Notes: generated by a model from the letters alone, not told the origin. Shown: positions 28,328 to 39,398, counted from the whole stretch's first letter. The stretch: 63,461 nucleotides of DNA, filler included, from 6 parts of 6 records of this genome joined end to end with filler, not necessarily neighbours in it, one strand, 5' to 3'. A program made the numbers and translations.

Positions 28328-29542
28328 ATGTCACAGGTTCCCAAAACCGGCTGGAAAATCGTCTTGTTTTGCGTCGTCGCCGGCGCCATCGCGGCCGCCC
28401 ATGTCGGCAAGCTTCCGCCGGCCATGCCGGAAATCCGCGCCGATCTCGGCATCGGACTGGTGACCGGCGGCTGGCTGGTTTCCGCCTTCAGCATTGTCGG
28501 CATGGCGGCGGCGATTCTGATCGGTATCGCGGCGGACGCCACCGGCCTTTGGCGCATGTGCCTGGCCGGGTTGTTGTTCCTGACCTTTGGCAGCGGCCTT
28601 GGCGCGGCGGCTCCGGAAGAATGGACCCTGCTGTTCAGCCGCGCTCTCGAGGGCCTCGGCTTCATCTGCGTCGCGGTGTCGGCGCCGTCGGTCATCGTTC
28701 GGATCACGGCGCCTAAGGACTGGCGTCTGGCGCTCGGACTCTGGGGCACCTACATGCCGGCCGGTTCGGCCCTGATGATGCTTTTCGCGCCGGTGATGCT
28801 GAACCTCTATGGCTGGCGATTTCTTTGGATATTCGCAGCCGCGATCACGGCGGTCTGGATCGCCGTCATGATCCTGGGCGGAAGCGGCGCACCGCGCGAA
28901 AACTTCAAGCCGGAGCGACGCCTCATCCTGGCCAACATCCGGCTGACCGCGACCACTCCGGCACCGTGGATTCTGGCCGCCTGTTTCGGGCTTTACACCA
29001 TTCCGTGGCTGGCGTTGATGGTTTGGCTGCCGAGCTACATGATCGAAACCCGGGGCATCGGAACCGGCACGGCGGCAGCATTGACGGCCCTGGTCATCGC
29101 GCTGAACGTGCCCGGCAACCTGATCGCCGGCTGGCTTCTGCATAGGGGGGCCGCGCATTGGGCCCTGATCGTCATCGCGGCGGCCGGCATGGGCCTGTCT
29201 TCAGCCGGCATATTCGCCGAAACCCTTTCCGACGGAGCGCGTTACGGCTTTTGCCTGGCCTTTTCGCTGGTCGGCGGCATGCTGCCGACGGCAGTGCTGT
29301 CCGGCGCCCCGATCTTCGCGCCGAGCGAATCACAGGTCGGCATCACCAACGGCCTTTTGGTGCAGGGATCGAACACCGGCCAGGTCATCGGCCCGCCGGC
29401 CCTGGCAGCAGCCGTGCTGGCGGCCGGATCCTGGGAAGGGTCGCTGTGGCTGATGTTGACGGCCTGCATCGCCGGCGTCGGTTTCGGGATTTTTCTGCGC
29501 CCCTTCGAAAAGAAACGCCGTGCCGGCGAATCAAACACCTAG
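28328..29542 (+). CDS. MFS transporter (CynX/NimT-like)
   Basis: About 12 TM helices; GKLPPAMP..RADLG; RALEGLGF. Confidence 0.85.
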   Translation: MSQVPKTGWKIVLFCVVAGAIAAAHVGKLPPAMPEIRADLGIGLVTGGWLVSAFSIVGMAAAILIGIAADATGLWRMCLAGLLFLTFGSGLGAAAPEEWTLLFSRALEGLGFICVAVSAPSVIVRITAPKDWRLALGLWGTYMPAGSALMMLFAPVMLNLYGWRFLWIFAAAITAVWIAVMILGGSGAPRENFKPERRLILANIRLTATTPAPWILAACFGLYTIPWLALMVWLPSYMIETRGIGTGTAAALTALVIALNVPGNLIAGWLLHRGAAHWALIVIAAAGMGLSSAGIFAETLSDGARYGFCLAFSLVGGMLPTAVLSGAPIFAPSESQVGITNGLLVQGSNTGQVIGPPALAAAVLAAGSWEGSLWLMLTACIAGVGFGIFLRPFEKKRRAGESNT

Positions 29543-31644
29543 GGCGTTTCGGCGATCCATACCTGGGCCGAGGCGGCCCGGCCGACGCCATCGATGGCGG
29601 TCAGGCGCAGACGGCCCTTTCCCGGATTATCGACAAAGGCCGTGCGCTTGAACGGCGCCGAGACGATCGGCCGGCCGTCGACCAGCCAGCGGATGGGTTT
29701 GCGCCCGCCCCGCGCCCTGAGCCCGAGACGATCCGGCACCCCGGCCACGCCGCCGCCGATTTCGATGGTGGTTCCGTCGGGCGGGAAGGCGATTGCGAAA
29801 CCGTCATGGTCGCCGGCCAGGGCCGCCGCCAGCGCACCGGCGGCATGAAAGCGGCGCATCGGGGGCGGTAGGTCTTCGGTCCGGACCATCAGCACGCCAT
29901 CCGGCGGCGATGCCGTTTCCAGCCCGCCGCCGCCGGGACCGAGCAGATCGAAAACGTCGTAGAGCAACGGCGCCGCCTCGCCGCCGCCGGTCCGGCCGGT
30001 CCCGAAGGCGCCGTCGGCACGGCCGACCCAGACACCGACGGTGTGGGTTCGATCGAAGCCGATCGCCCAGGCGTCGCGGAAGCCGTATGAGGTGCCGGTT
30101 TTAAGGGCGATTCGCGGTCCCTGCCCGCGGTGCCGGGCGGCGATACGGCGTCTCGGCCCCGGTGTTTCACGCAGGATTTCGGCCGCATACCAGGCCGCCG
30201 CCGGTCCGAAGAGGCGGACCGAAGGCGTTGCCGGTTCGCCCTTGGTCAATCGTAGGGGTTCCATGACGCCGCCCGAAGCCAGCCCCGAATAAAGGGTGAC
30301 GAGGTCCCACAGCGTCAGGCCGACGCCGCCCAAGGCCATCGGCAGGGCCGGCGCCCGAACCCGAGGATCGAATCGAAACCGGATGCCGGAGATTTCCAGA
30401 AGGCGGGCGAAACCGGCCGGACCCAGGCGGTCGAGCACGGCAACGGCCGGAACGTTGAGGCTAAGCTGCAGGGCTTCACGGACAGTAATCTCGCCGCGGT
30501 AGCGCTGATCGAAATTGAGCGGTGCGTAATCGCCAAAGCGCATCGGCGCATCGTCGATCAGGGTTTCCGGATGAAGACCGAGGCGATCGAAGGCGGCGGC
30601 ATAGATGAAGGGCTTCAGGGTCGATCCCGGCGAACGCACGGCGCGCACCATATCGACCTGTCCCAGGCGCGCCGCATCCATAAATCCTGCCGATCCGACA
30701 TAAGCGCTAACCCGTCGGCCGTCGTTCTCGGCAACAAGAACGGCGACATTGGCGCCGGGTTCGAGCGTTTGTGCAAGCCGCGCCGCCAGGGCCTGGACGC
30801 CTTCCTGAAGGCGGGCATCGATATGGGTGTAATGGTTTTCGATACCGGGTTCGGACAGATGAAGACGACGGGCCAGATGCGCCGCCGCCAGGGGCGCGCT
30901 TTCACGAACCGCCGGGATCGTTTCGGCACCGGCCAGATCGGCTTCGGATTTTGACAGCACGCCGGCCAAAACCATCCGGGCCAGGACCTTGTCGCGGGCC
31001 GACCGGGCCCGGTCCGGATGCCGGTCCGGCCGGTTGCGCTCCGGGCTTTGCGGCAATGCGACGAGTAGCGCGGCTTCTCCCGCCGTCAAGGCGCGCGGCG
31101 GTTTGCCGAAATAAAAATGGCTGGCCGCGGTGACGCCTTCCAGGTTGCCGCCGAAGGGCGCGATCGTCAGATAGATCGCCAGGATCTCATCCTTGGCAAA
31201 ACGCCATTCCAGTTGCAGGGCGCGCAGCATTTCGGTGGCTTTCGCGCCAAGGGTCCGCGGCCGCGGTTCAAGCAGACGCGCCACCTGCATGGTCAGGGTC
31301 GAAGCGCCCGAAACGGGCCGGCCCGATGCCGCCCATTGGCCAGCCGCCCGAACCACGGCAATCGGATCGACGCCGGGATGGCTGTCGAAACGCTTGTCCT
31401 CGTAGGCCTTGAGCATGCGCAGATAGAGGGGGTCGACATCGGGCGGATCGGCCCCAAAACGCCAGGTCCCGCCATCGGCGGTAAAGGCGCGAAGAAGCCC
31501 TCCGTTGCGATCGAGAACGGCGGCAGAGCGGTTGTCGAACCGATCCAGGCGCGGCGGGAAAACCACATCCGCCGTGACGGCGAGCGCGATAACCGCTGCC
31601 AGACCGAGCAGGCCACCCACCGATATGGATCGATGGCGTCTCAC
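29539..31644 (-). CDS. pbpC: Penicillin-binding protein 1C
   Basis: EDKRF..HPGVD, SGASTLTMQVAR, STLK (SxxK), SLN, KTGT, C-terminal BiPBP_C; downstream of alpha-2-macroglobulin; GTG start near 31644 inferred. Confidence 0.93.
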   Translation of the reverse strand: MRRHRSISVGGLLGLAAVIALAVTADVVFPPRLDRFDNRSAAVLDRNGGLLRAFTADGGTWRFGADPPDVDPLYLRMLKAYEDKRFDSHPGVDPIAVVRAAGQWAASGRPVSGASTLTMQVARLLEPRPRTLGAKATEMLRALQLEWRFAKDEILAIYLTIAPFGGNLEGVTAASHFYFGKPPRALTAGEAALLVALPQSPERNRPDRHPDRARSARDKVLARMVLAGVLSKSEADLAGAETIPAVRESAPLAAAHLARRLHLSEPGIENHYTHIDARLQEGVQALAARLAQTLEPGANVAVLVAENDGRRVSAYVGSAGFMDAARLGQVDMVRAVRSPGSTLKPFIYAAAFDRLGLHPETLIDDAPMRFGDYAPLNFDQRYRGEITVREALQLSLNVPAVAVLDRLGPAGFARLLEISGIRFRFDPRVRAPALPMALGGVGLTLWDLVTLYSGLASGGVMEPLRLTKGEPATPSVRLFGPAAAWYAAEILRETPGPRRRIAARHRGQGPRIALKTGTSYGFRDAWAIGFDRTHTVGVWVGRADGAFGTGRTGGGEAAPLLYDVFDLLGPGGGGLETASPPDGVLMVRTEDLPPPMRRFHAAGALAAALAGDHDGFAIAFPPDGTTIEIGGGVAGVPDRLGLRARGGRKPIRWLVDGRPIVSAPFKRTAFVDNPGKGRLRLTAIDGVGRAASAQVWIAETP

Positions 31645-31660
31645 GCAACCGCCCCTTCGA

Positions 31661-34600
31661 TCAGTTGTTAACCCCGATAACCAATTGCCCCATGGCCGTT
31701 CGCGCCCGATAGCGCGGTTTGTACATGTCCTCGATATGGGCCGCCGGCAGCGCATAGCGCCCCGGCGTCACGGCGCGGGCCAGATAGGCGACCGCGAAGT
31801 CGCGCCTTTCGCCGGCAATGTCGAGGGCGGCAACGAAGCGGTCGTCGCGGTATTCGACATGCCGGGTGCGGCTGAGTGTCGGCAGCCATCCCAGTTCGCG
31901 GGCCGACTTGGCATCGTCAAGCCGGGCATTTTCCAACTCGAGCCCGGCCGGCAGCAGATCGACGATCAGGGCCTGATGGTCGAGATCGGTTATCGATTCT
32001 CCCTCGATGACGACGACGAGAAGATCGTTCTGTTTGACCTTGGCGACATCGACCGGTTCGCCGTCCAGCGAATAGAAACCCCGGGTCAGGGCGAAGCCTT
32101 CGGCGAAGGCGGGTTGCGCGGCCGCCGGAATGCCGGACACCGTCGCCGTGTGCCAGACCGCCGAAGGGCCGGAATTTTCGTAGGCCAGCCCCCGTGACAG
32201 ACGGGCGCTGTCCGGGCGCACGTAAAGCGGCTCGGTCCTGTCCGCGACGACCTCTCCGTCAACCGTCAGGGACATGGCTTCGTTGCCGTCACCAAGGGCG
32301 GCGGCGGCCATGATCAGCCAAGCCTGTTCCTGCGGGCTCATATACTTGGCACCGGTTTGGCGCTCGATCAGATCGGAGACCAATGCGACCAGTCCCCGGC
32401 CCCAGTCGCGACCGACATCGTCGATGACCCGTTCGGTTTCGGCGGCCAGGGCGACCAGCCCGGCCAGATCGCGAAGTTTCGATCCGTAATCGCGCAAATC
32501 GGCCCGCGAATCGATGCCGGAGAAGGCTTTTCCAAAATAGGTCCGGGCCATATCGGCCTCGCCGTGAAGGGCCAGCGCCGCAGCCAGTTGCGCCGATGCC
32601 ATCGGGGTCGGCAGCTTGTCGATGTGGCGCTCGGCGAAATAGCGCGCCTGCGCCGCCTTGCCGACACCGGCGGCGGCCAGATCGTAAAGCGCATAAGCGG
32701 TGCCGCCGAGGTCGGGCTTGTCGCTCCATTCCGCCTGTTTGACCTTGCCCTCCAGCCATTTGAGCGCCCGTCCCAGCGCCCAGTCCGGCACCGTGAAGCC
32801 GGCCGCGCGGGCGCGGATCAGGAAATCGACGGCGTAGGAACTGAGCCAGAGCTCGGCATCGCCGGACGGTGCCCAAAGGGCGAAACCGCCGTCGCCGCGC
32901 TGCATTTCCAGGACCCGGCGAACGGCGTCGCGAATGCGCGCCTGCTGTCCGGCGCCCGCCCCCTCGCCGCCCCAGACTTCGGCGACATCGGCAACGTAGA
33001 GCAACGGCAGGGCGCGGCTGGTCGTCTGTTCGAGGCAGCCGTAGGGATAGCGGTCAAGCGCGCGGAGCAACCCCGGGACATCGAGATCGGGACGCGGGCT
33101 GAAGCCAAGCAGAACCTCGGCGGTGCCGGGAACGAATGCATCCAGCATGCCCTGGGAATAGGCGGTTTTTTCACCCGGTTGCAGGCGTTTGGCCAGACGT
33201 TCGGTCAAGCGGAACTGGGCCGGGCGGACGGCCAGGGTCCAATCGCGCGTGAGCGCAAACCCATCCGGGCCTTCCAGATCCATATGGATTTTCGCCAAGC
33301 CCGGTTGGTCGGCCTTGAGATCGAAGACGGCAACCTGCCCGGCGCCGGGTTCGAGGCGTCGGCTGATTTGATCGGCACCGACGATCGAAACGCCGCCGTC
33401 GGTGCGGAAGCGTACCGAGACGTCGCCGGCCGGAGCGTCCAGATTGTCGAGCGAAACCATCAGGCGACTTTCATCGCCGGGGGCCAGGAAACGCGGCATC
33501 GATACCTGGGCGATCAGCGGATCGCGAACACGCACCGCACTTTCGCCAGCTCCCATGCGCGATGCCGAGAAGGCGACCGCCATCAGGCGCAGGCGGCCGG
33601 TGAAGTCCGGCACTTCGACGGGAATGCGAGCGGCCCCCTGATCGTCCGTTTCGATCAGGCCCGAGAACAGGGAAACGATCCGCACATCGACCGGCGGCGC
33701 TCCCTTGTTGGCGAGACGCGGATCGCCGCCGCCGGAGCGCACATTGCCGCGGCGCTGGGTCTTGCCGTCGATCAGGCGGCCGTAGATATCGCGCATGCCG
33801 ACGCCCAAGCGCCGCTTGCCGAAATAATGCGCCGCCGGATCGGGGGTTTGAAAACCGGTCAGCTGAAGCACGCCTTCGTCGACTGTGGCCAGCGTGACGA
33901 ACGCCTTTTCGCCGGGCCCAACACCGCCGATTCGGATCGGCACCTCAAGCGTGGTACGCGGCACCGTTCGATCGGGCGCATCGATGGCGACATCGAGCGT
34001 GCGCGTCGACGCGTCCAGCCCGAGCCATTTCAAACCGATGGCGCGGCCCGGCCCGCGGGCCTGGCTGTCCGGACGGAAGGCGGTGGCCAGCACATAGGCA
34101 CCGACGCCCCAGGCATCGGTGAAGGGAATTTCGATCGTGGCGCCGTCCTTCGGCACCGCAACCGAACGGGTCTCGACGACGCCATCGTTGGCGACGGTCA
34201 ACAGCACTTCGGCATCGAAGGGCGGGCGGATGTGAAGCTTCGCCGTGTCGCCGGGGCGATAGGCGTTTTTATCGGCGGTGATTTCCAGGCTGTCCGGCCG
34301 GCTGGCCGCCGTCGGCGCCATGAACCAGCCCGAACGGAATCTGACACTGCTGGCCGCGCCGGTTTGTGGATCGAAAACTTCAAGCCGGTAACGTCCCCAT
34401 TCGACGGTCTCGGCCAGTTCGACCGGCGCCGTGGATGCCGTTTGCAGGCGTCCGCCGGAAAGCGGCCTGTCGACGACCTGGACCGTATAGTCCCAGGCAC
34501 CGTTGGCGCGGAACCAGCGATAGACCCAGTCCTCGCGGTAGAAAGCGTATTCAAGGGCGGTTTCGGACAGGTCGCCGCCGCCAGTAAGCGCGATCACGTC

Positions 34601-36841
34601 GAACGCCGCTTCGGCCCCTTCCTGCACTTCGCCGCGCGCAAAGCGCGGCTTGATGCCGATGGCGGCGCCTTGCGTTCTGACCGGCAGGGTCAGGCTGGCG
34701 GTCGCCGGCCGGCCGCCCAGTTCGAAGACACCGGCGCGGATGACGGCTTTCAGCGGCTGGGTGGTATCGGGAAGACTTTCCAGGTTGAGCAAAATCGCCG
34801 CGTCGCCGGCGGCGCCGACCCGTTTGATCGGCAGGCGCTGGCGCGCCGGTTTGACGGTCTCGTCGATGAGGCCGAACGCATAACCCGGCCATTGCGGATA
34901 GGGGGTTTCGTCCTTGAGGATGACGACCTCGCCCTCGGCCGGAAGATCGGCCGCCGGCGCCCCGTACAGATAATCGGCCTGCACCGCGAGCTGGGCGGTT
35001 TCGCCGGGTTTCAGGGTTTTCGCATCGCTCGACAGTTTCACCTCGATCCTTGGCGGCACGACGTCCTCGACGAGAATCCGCAGGCTGCCGATCGGGGCGG
35101 CTTCGGGATCGATGCGCGCCTCGACGGTCCAGCGGCCGGTCAGGGCACCCGGCGAGAACGGCAGGTCGATGGCGAAGGCGCCGGGGGCATCGGGTTTGAC
35201 CCTACGCCGTTCGGCCTCGACCCCGTCGGGGCGCAGGACGCGCAAATTCAGCGGCAAGCCATCGATGGCAACGGCCGAAGCATCGCGCATCAGGGCGACC
35301 AGGTGGGCCGTGTCGCCGCGCCGATAGACGCCGCGATCGGCATACAGGAAGACATCGATGGGTCCGGGGGCGGTGCGACCGCCGACGCCGCGATCGCTGA
35401 GATCGAAGGCAGGCCCGGAAAGATCGAGGAAGTTGAAATCGCCCTCAAGCGCCGCGAACACCGCCTTCGGGGCGCTGCCGGCGGTTCCCTTCATCAGGCC
35501 GGGATCGAAGCGGACGCCGCCGGTGGCGTCGGTTTCAGCCTCGGCCAGAAGGATGTTGTTGCGGGCGAACAGCTTCACGGTAACGCCGGATTTCGATTTC
35601 GCGGTTTCGAGCGAGCGGGCGAAAACATGCAGGCCGTCGGCGGCATCGAACGTGGTCAGGCCGATATCGGAAATGACCAGCCACTGGGTGGCACGCACGC
35701 CCCAGTCCGACTGTTCGACGCCGATGGGTTCGGCGATGGCGGCATAAACGCCGGGCTTGGTGCGATCGAGGATGTCGCCGACGGGAAAGGCGGTGGTGAT
35801 CCGCACGTTCGGATCCGAAGCCACATCCATTTCGCCTTCCCAGACCGTCTCGCCTTCCTTTTCGCCGACCTGCCGGATATCCCACATCGCCATCTGGTTG
35901 GGTATGCGCCCTTCGTTCAGTTGCGGGACCAGGTTGCGTTCACCCACACGAAGAATTTTGAGCCGGACGCGATCGACATTGACCGTCATCACCGGAATGC
36001 CCGCCGCACCGGATTTGGGCAGCACATAGGCGTTGCCGCGAAAACCGACGCTGGCCGGCCGGTCGCCGATCTCGACGTCGAAATTGTCGATGGAAGCGGT
36101 TTTTTCACCGGTTTCCGACGGCAATCCGGCAAGAACCGTAACCTGGTGGCTGGCGCCGTGTTTGACGCCGTCGATGCACAGCGCGTCGCCGCGCACGACG
36201 GCACGGCCCGTGACCGCCGGTTCGATGCGCAGGAAGTCGTCATAGCGGATGCTGCGCCCGGTGCCGAGCTTGCCACGGAAAGTGACGCAGAATTCGGGGC
36301 GGTCGCTATCGGCATTGACCTGGACGCCGGTGGCGCGGAAGCCGTGCTGGGCGACAAGGTCGGCGACGTGGCCTTCAAGCCCGCTGTCGGCCCGAAGCTC
36401 GAGCCCGGCCGAATAGGCCGAGATGGCGTCGCGGAACTTGGAGCGTTTTTCCAACGACGCGCCGATCAGGGCCAGGGCGTCGGCCCGACCGTCGTCGGTG
36501 CCGGCCGATTGCAACGCCAAATAAGCGGCATCGGCGGCATGCGGATCGGACGCGTTGAGGTTCAAAAGGGCTGTCGCCAGGCCGAGCCAGACGGTGGCGT
36601 TTCCGGGGTCGTTCGCGGCGGCCTTGGCGTAGTTCCCGGCGGCCGGTTTCCATTGGCCGATTCCGGACATGGCGATGGCCACGGGCAGGGCGTCGGCGGC
36701 GCCTTCGATGCCGCGGTATTCCCGTTTCAGCAGGGAAAGGTAGGTGGCGGATGATTCCTCGATTTCGGGCCGCTCGAACGCCGCGGCCTGAAACGGAAGC
36801 ACAAATGCGAAAAGGACGAAAAAAAATGAACGGAGAGCCAT
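31661..36841 (-). CDS. Bacterial alpha-2-macroglobulin (YfhM-like) with N-terminal TPR-like region
   Basis: 1726 aa; DRGVYR.GD; thioester motif YPYGCLEQ; C-terminal EDMYKP. Confidence 0.95.
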   Translation of the reverse strand: MALRSFFFVLFAFVLPFQAAAFERPEIEESSATYLSLLKREYRGIEGAADALPVAIAMSGIGQWKPAAGNYAKAAANDPGNATVWLGLATALLNLNASDPHAADAAYLALQSAGTDDGRADALALIGASLEKRSKFRDAISAYSAGLELRADSGLEGHVADLVAQHGFRATGVQVNADSDRPEFCVTFRGKLGTGRSIRYDDFLRIEPAVTGRAVVRGDALCIDGVKHGASHQVTVLAGLPSETGEKTASIDNFDVEIGDRPASVGFRGNAYVLPKSGAAGIPVMTVNVDRVRLKILRVGERNLVPQLNEGRIPNQMAMWDIRQVGEKEGETVWEGEMDVASDPNVRITTAFPVGDILDRTKPGVYAAIAEPIGVEQSDWGVRATQWLVISDIGLTTFDAADGLHVFARSLETAKSKSGVTVKLFARNNILLAEAETDATGGVRFDPGLMKGTAGSAPKAVFAALEGDFNFLDLSGPAFDLSDRGVGGRTAPGPIDVFLYADRGVYRRGDTAHLVALMRDASAVAIDGLPLNLRVLRPDGVEAERRRVKPDAPGAFAIDLPFSPGALTGRWTVEARIDPEAAPIGSLRILVEDVVPPRIEVKLSSDAKTLKPGETAQLAVQADYLYGAPAADLPAEGEVVILKDETPYPQWPGYAFGLIDETVKPARQRLPIKRVGAAGDAAILLNLESLPDTTQPLKAVIRAGVFELGGRPATASLTLPVRTQGAAIGIKPRFARGEVQEGAEAAFDVIALTGGGDLSETALEYAFYREDWVYRWFRANGAWDYTVQVVDRPLSGGRLQTASTAPVELAETVEWGRYRLEVFDPQTGAASSVRFRSGWFMAPTAASRPDSLEITADKNAYRPGDTAKLHIRPPFDAEVLLTVANDGVVETRSVAVPKDGATIEIPFTDAWGVGAYVLATAFRPDSQARGPGRAIGLKWLGLDASTRTLDVAIDAPDRTVPRTTLEVPIRIGGVGPGEKAFVTLATVDEGVLQLTGFQTPDPAAHYFGKRRLGVGMRDIYGRLIDGKTQRRGNVRSGGGDPRLANKGAPPVDVRIVSLFSGLIETDDQGAARIPVEVPDFTGRLRLMAVAFSASRMGAGESAVRVRDPLIAQVSMPRFLAPGDESRLMVSLDNLDAPAGDVSVRFRTDGGVSIVGADQISRRLEPGAGQVAVFDLKADQPGLAKIHMDLEGPDGFALTRDWTLAVRPAQFRLTERLAKRLQPGEKTAYSQGMLDAFVPGTAEVLLGFSPRPDLDVPGLLRALDRYPYGCLEQTTSRALPLLYVADVAEVWGGEGAGAGQQARIRDAVRRVLEMQRGDGGFALWAPSGDAELWLSSYAVDFLIRARAAGFTVPDWALGRALKWLEGKVKQAEWSDKPDLGGTAYALYDLAAAGVGKAAQARYFAERHIDKLPTPMASAQLAAALALHGEADMARTYFGKAFSGIDSRADLRDYGSKLRDLAGLVALAAETERVIDDVGRDWGRGLVALVSDLIERQTGAKYMSPQEQAWLIMAAAALGDGNEAMSLTVDGEVVADRTEPLYVRPDSARLSRGLAYENSGPSAVWHTATVSGIPAAAQPAFAEGFALTRGFYSLDGEPVDVAKVKQNDLLVVVIEGESITDLDHQALIVDLLPAGLELENARLDDAKSARELGWLPTLSRTRHVEYRDDRFVAALDIAGERRDFAVAYLARAVTPGRYALPAAHIEDMYKPRYRARTAMGQLVIGVNN

Positions 36842-37134
36842 CGCTTTTTCCTTCGAACGAATCCCAAAATCCCAATATGCGGCCGATTCCGGCCCTTCTT
36901 GTTTATCCTGTTTATGGCAAAGGGTAACACGAAATCTCCGGCCGGCGACGGCTCAATCCGGACTTATCGCCGCCCGATTCCGTCGCCGCAGTGTCGGTAT
37001 CGATTGTGGCGGTTTTTCGACGGCCTTGATTTCCCTGTCGTTCCGGCTAAGAAGGTCACGATAAGAAGAAGCGAAGCGGGAAGAAGAACCCGCCCAACGA
37101 TGTCCGATCACCGGGCGAAAAAGGAGAAACGACC

Positions 37135-38325
37135 ATGCATCCCTTCGAATGGAGCCTGCCGACCAAGATGATCTACGGCCCCGGCGAGATCAAACGCCTG
37201 GGCGCCGAGGCCAAGGCTTTCGGCAACAAGGCCTTCGTCGTCACCTTCGAGCCGGTGCCGGCCGCCGCCTTCATCCTCGAACGCGCCCTGGAATCATTGC
37301 GCGAAGCCGGCGTCGAATACGTCGTCTACGACAAGGTCGAACCGAACCCGAGCGTCAAGACCTGCGACGCCGGTGTCGAACTGTTCAAGCAATCGGGCGC
37401 CGAAGTGGTCGTTGCCGTCGGCGGCGGCAGCGCCATCGATGCCGCCAAATACATCTCCTCGGTCGCCTACAGCGGCGGTTCTTCCTGGGACTACGTGGTC
37501 CTGGCCAGCCACACCCCGAAGGAATACACCGGCGCCTATCCGTTGATCGCGGTGCCGACGGTGTCGGCCGCCGGGTCCGAGGTTAATGCCGGCGGCGTCA
37601 TCACCAACACGGATATGAAACTGAAAAGCTTCAGCCGGTCGCCCTACCGCATTCCCAAGGCCGCCATCATCGATCCTGAATTGCTCGCCAGCCTGCCGGC
37701 CAGCGTCACCGGCGACGGCGGCGTCGACATCTTCTGCCACCTGATCGAGCATTATCTGTCGGCCAAGGAAAGCTCCGAGATCGCCGATCGTTTCACCGAG
37801 GCGATGATCCTGACCGTCAAGGAATACCTGCCGCGCGCGTTGGCCGACGGCAACGACCTGGAAGCGCGCGGACAGATCGCCCTTTGCGCCGCCTTCGGCT
37901 GGTCCGGCCTGCAGGCTCTCGGCCGCATGGGAACGATTCCCATCCACTTCATCGAGCATCAACTGAGCGCCCATTATCCGCTGAGCCATGGCCGCGGCAT
38001 GACCATCCTTCTGCCCGGATACCTGGATCATTTCGCCGACGCCGCGCCGGCCCGCTGGGCCAAGCTGGCCCGGCGCTGTTTCGGCGTCACCGACACGGAC
38101 GACACGGTCGCGGCCGGCCAACTGGGCGGTGCGGTGGCCGCCTGGCTGCGCGGCATGGGCCTATATCGGACGCTTTCCGACGAAGGCATCGGCGACGACA
38201 AGTTCGACCAGATGACCGACGATATCTTCCAGATGTACGGTACGCCCGAGGGCACCGTACCGGGGACGCGACCGATGAGCCGCGCCGACGTCAAAGCGGT
38301 CTTCGAAAGCGTCCTTCAGGCCTAG
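37135..38325 (+). CDS. Iron-containing alcohol dehydrogenase (butanol dehydrogenase-like)
   Basis: EPNP, GGGSAIDAAK, PTVSAAGSE; metal ligands D..CH, H..EH, HG. Confidence 0.92.
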   Translation: MHPFEWSLPTKMIYGPGEIKRLGAEAKAFGNKAFVVTFEPVPAAAFILERALESLREAGVEYVVYDKVEPNPSVKTCDAGVELFKQSGAEVVVAVGGGSAIDAAKYISSVAYSGGSSWDYVVLASHTPKEYTGAYPLIAVPTVSAAGSEVNAGGVITNTDMKLKSFSRSPYRIPKAAIIDPELLASLPASVTGDGGVDIFCHLIEHYLSAKESSEIADRFTEAMILTVKEYLPRALADGNDLEARGQIALCAAFGWSGLQALGRMGTIPIHFIEHQLSAHYPLSHGRGMTILLPGYLDHFADAAPARWAKLARRCFGVTDTDDTVAAGQLGGAVAAWLRGMGLYRTLSDEGIGDDKFDQMTDDIFQMYGTPEGTVPGTRPMSRADVKAVFESVLQA

Positions 38326-38635
38326 ATCGCATTCCGGAAGACGGAATACGTTCCGGATGTTGACCGGTACCGATTTGCCAATTCCAAATCGGGAACTTGT
38401 TTCAATAATCGGAAAAATCCGGTCAAAGGAGGTATTCAAAACAGGACTTCGAACGTAATATACGGCCCGCAAAAAACCGGCGGCGCGAAGTCCGGGACCG
38501 GGCCGTCAGAAAATAATGGGTCGAACCACCGAGCGGGGATGGAAACGGACCGTTTCGTAAACACCGCACATTCGCCCAATGTCGTCACGCGGCTTGTTTC
38601 GCGGCACGGTGGTCCGGTCTGCGAGAAAAAGGAAA

Positions 38636-38735
38636 NNNNNNNNNNNNNNNNNNNNNNNNNNNNNNNNNNNNNNNNNNNNTTAATTAATTAANNNNNNNNN
38701 NNNNNNNNNNNNNNNNNNNNNNNNNNNNNNNNNNN
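38636..38735. other. Artificial contig spacer
   Basis: N44-TTAATTAATTAA-N44. Confidence 0.99.
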
Positions 38736-38763
38736 AGGCCCCCGGCAGGGCCGCCGGAGGCAT
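38736..38763 (-). repeat. GC-rich palindromic extragenic repeat fragment at contig end
   Basis: Minus strand ATGCCTCCGGCGGCCCTGCCGGGGGCCT resembles a dispersed Desulfovibrio intergenic repeat (recalled, not searched). Confidence 0.55.
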
Positions 38764-38768
38764 ATTAC

Positions 38769-39398
38769 TTATGAAAGCACTTCTTTTAAAGTCTCAAGCA
38801 TATAAAAAGAGGAAGTAGCACCGGGGTCCTGATGACCGATAGACCGTTCGCCGAGATAGCTGGCGCGACCTTTCTTGGCCTGCAGGGGGATGGTGTCGGC
38901 AAGAGCCTTTTCACCTACGGGCAGTGCAGCTTCAACGATAGCGAGAACATCATCGCCGTTTCCTGCTTTTTCTTTGACTACTTCGAGAACAGGTGCCCAA
39001 AGGTCATACATGGTCTTATCACCGAGATCGGGACGACCGCGCTGGAGTATTCCTTCTACGCCTGCTTCGATTACTTTAGCGAAATCTTCGGAACTGAGTT
39101 CTTCTTTACCGCCCATGAGCATGCCGCCCTTCATCCAGAAGGTTCCGTAGAGAGGACCACTGGCACCGCCAACACTGGACATGAGTGTCATACCCACGGT
39201 CTTAAGGATAGTGCCTATGTCTTTTTCTTCCACGGTGGGCAATTTTTCCGCTACCTTGCCATAACCACGGTTCATATTGATTCCATGGTCGGCATCACCA
39301 ATAGCGGCATCGAGTTCAGTGAGGTATTCTTTTTTGTCGGTGTAAACTTCATTAAGCTTACCGAGCCAAGCAATAAGTTGGGCCTTGTTCATGGACAT
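38769..39398 (-). CDS. dhaL: Dihydroxyacetone kinase ADP-binding subunit
   Basis: LDAAIGDADHG.NM.RG, GGASGPLYG, GDKTM.D, KGRASYLGERS.GHQDPGA. Confidence 0.96.
   Translation of the reverse strand: MSMNKAQLIAWLGKLNEVYTDKKEYLTELDAAIGDADHGINMNRGYGKVAEKLPTVEEKDIGTILKTVGMTLMSSVGGASGPLYGTFWMKGGMLMGGKEELSSEDFAKVIEAGVEGILQRGRPDLGDKTMYDLWAPVLEVVKEKAGNGDDVLAIVEAALPVGEKALADTIPLQAKKGRASYLGERSIGHQDPGATSSFYMLETLKEVLS

Noticed and set aside
32357-36754. 1465-aa plus-strand ORF
   Set aside because: Antisense to alpha-2-macroglobulin; typical high-GC codon-bias shadow with no motifs. The same applies to the many short overlapping ORFs in 25157-38635.
29539-36841. Alpha-2-macroglobulin and pbpC pair as a novel system
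   Set aside because: Well-known conserved yfhM-pbpC operon.
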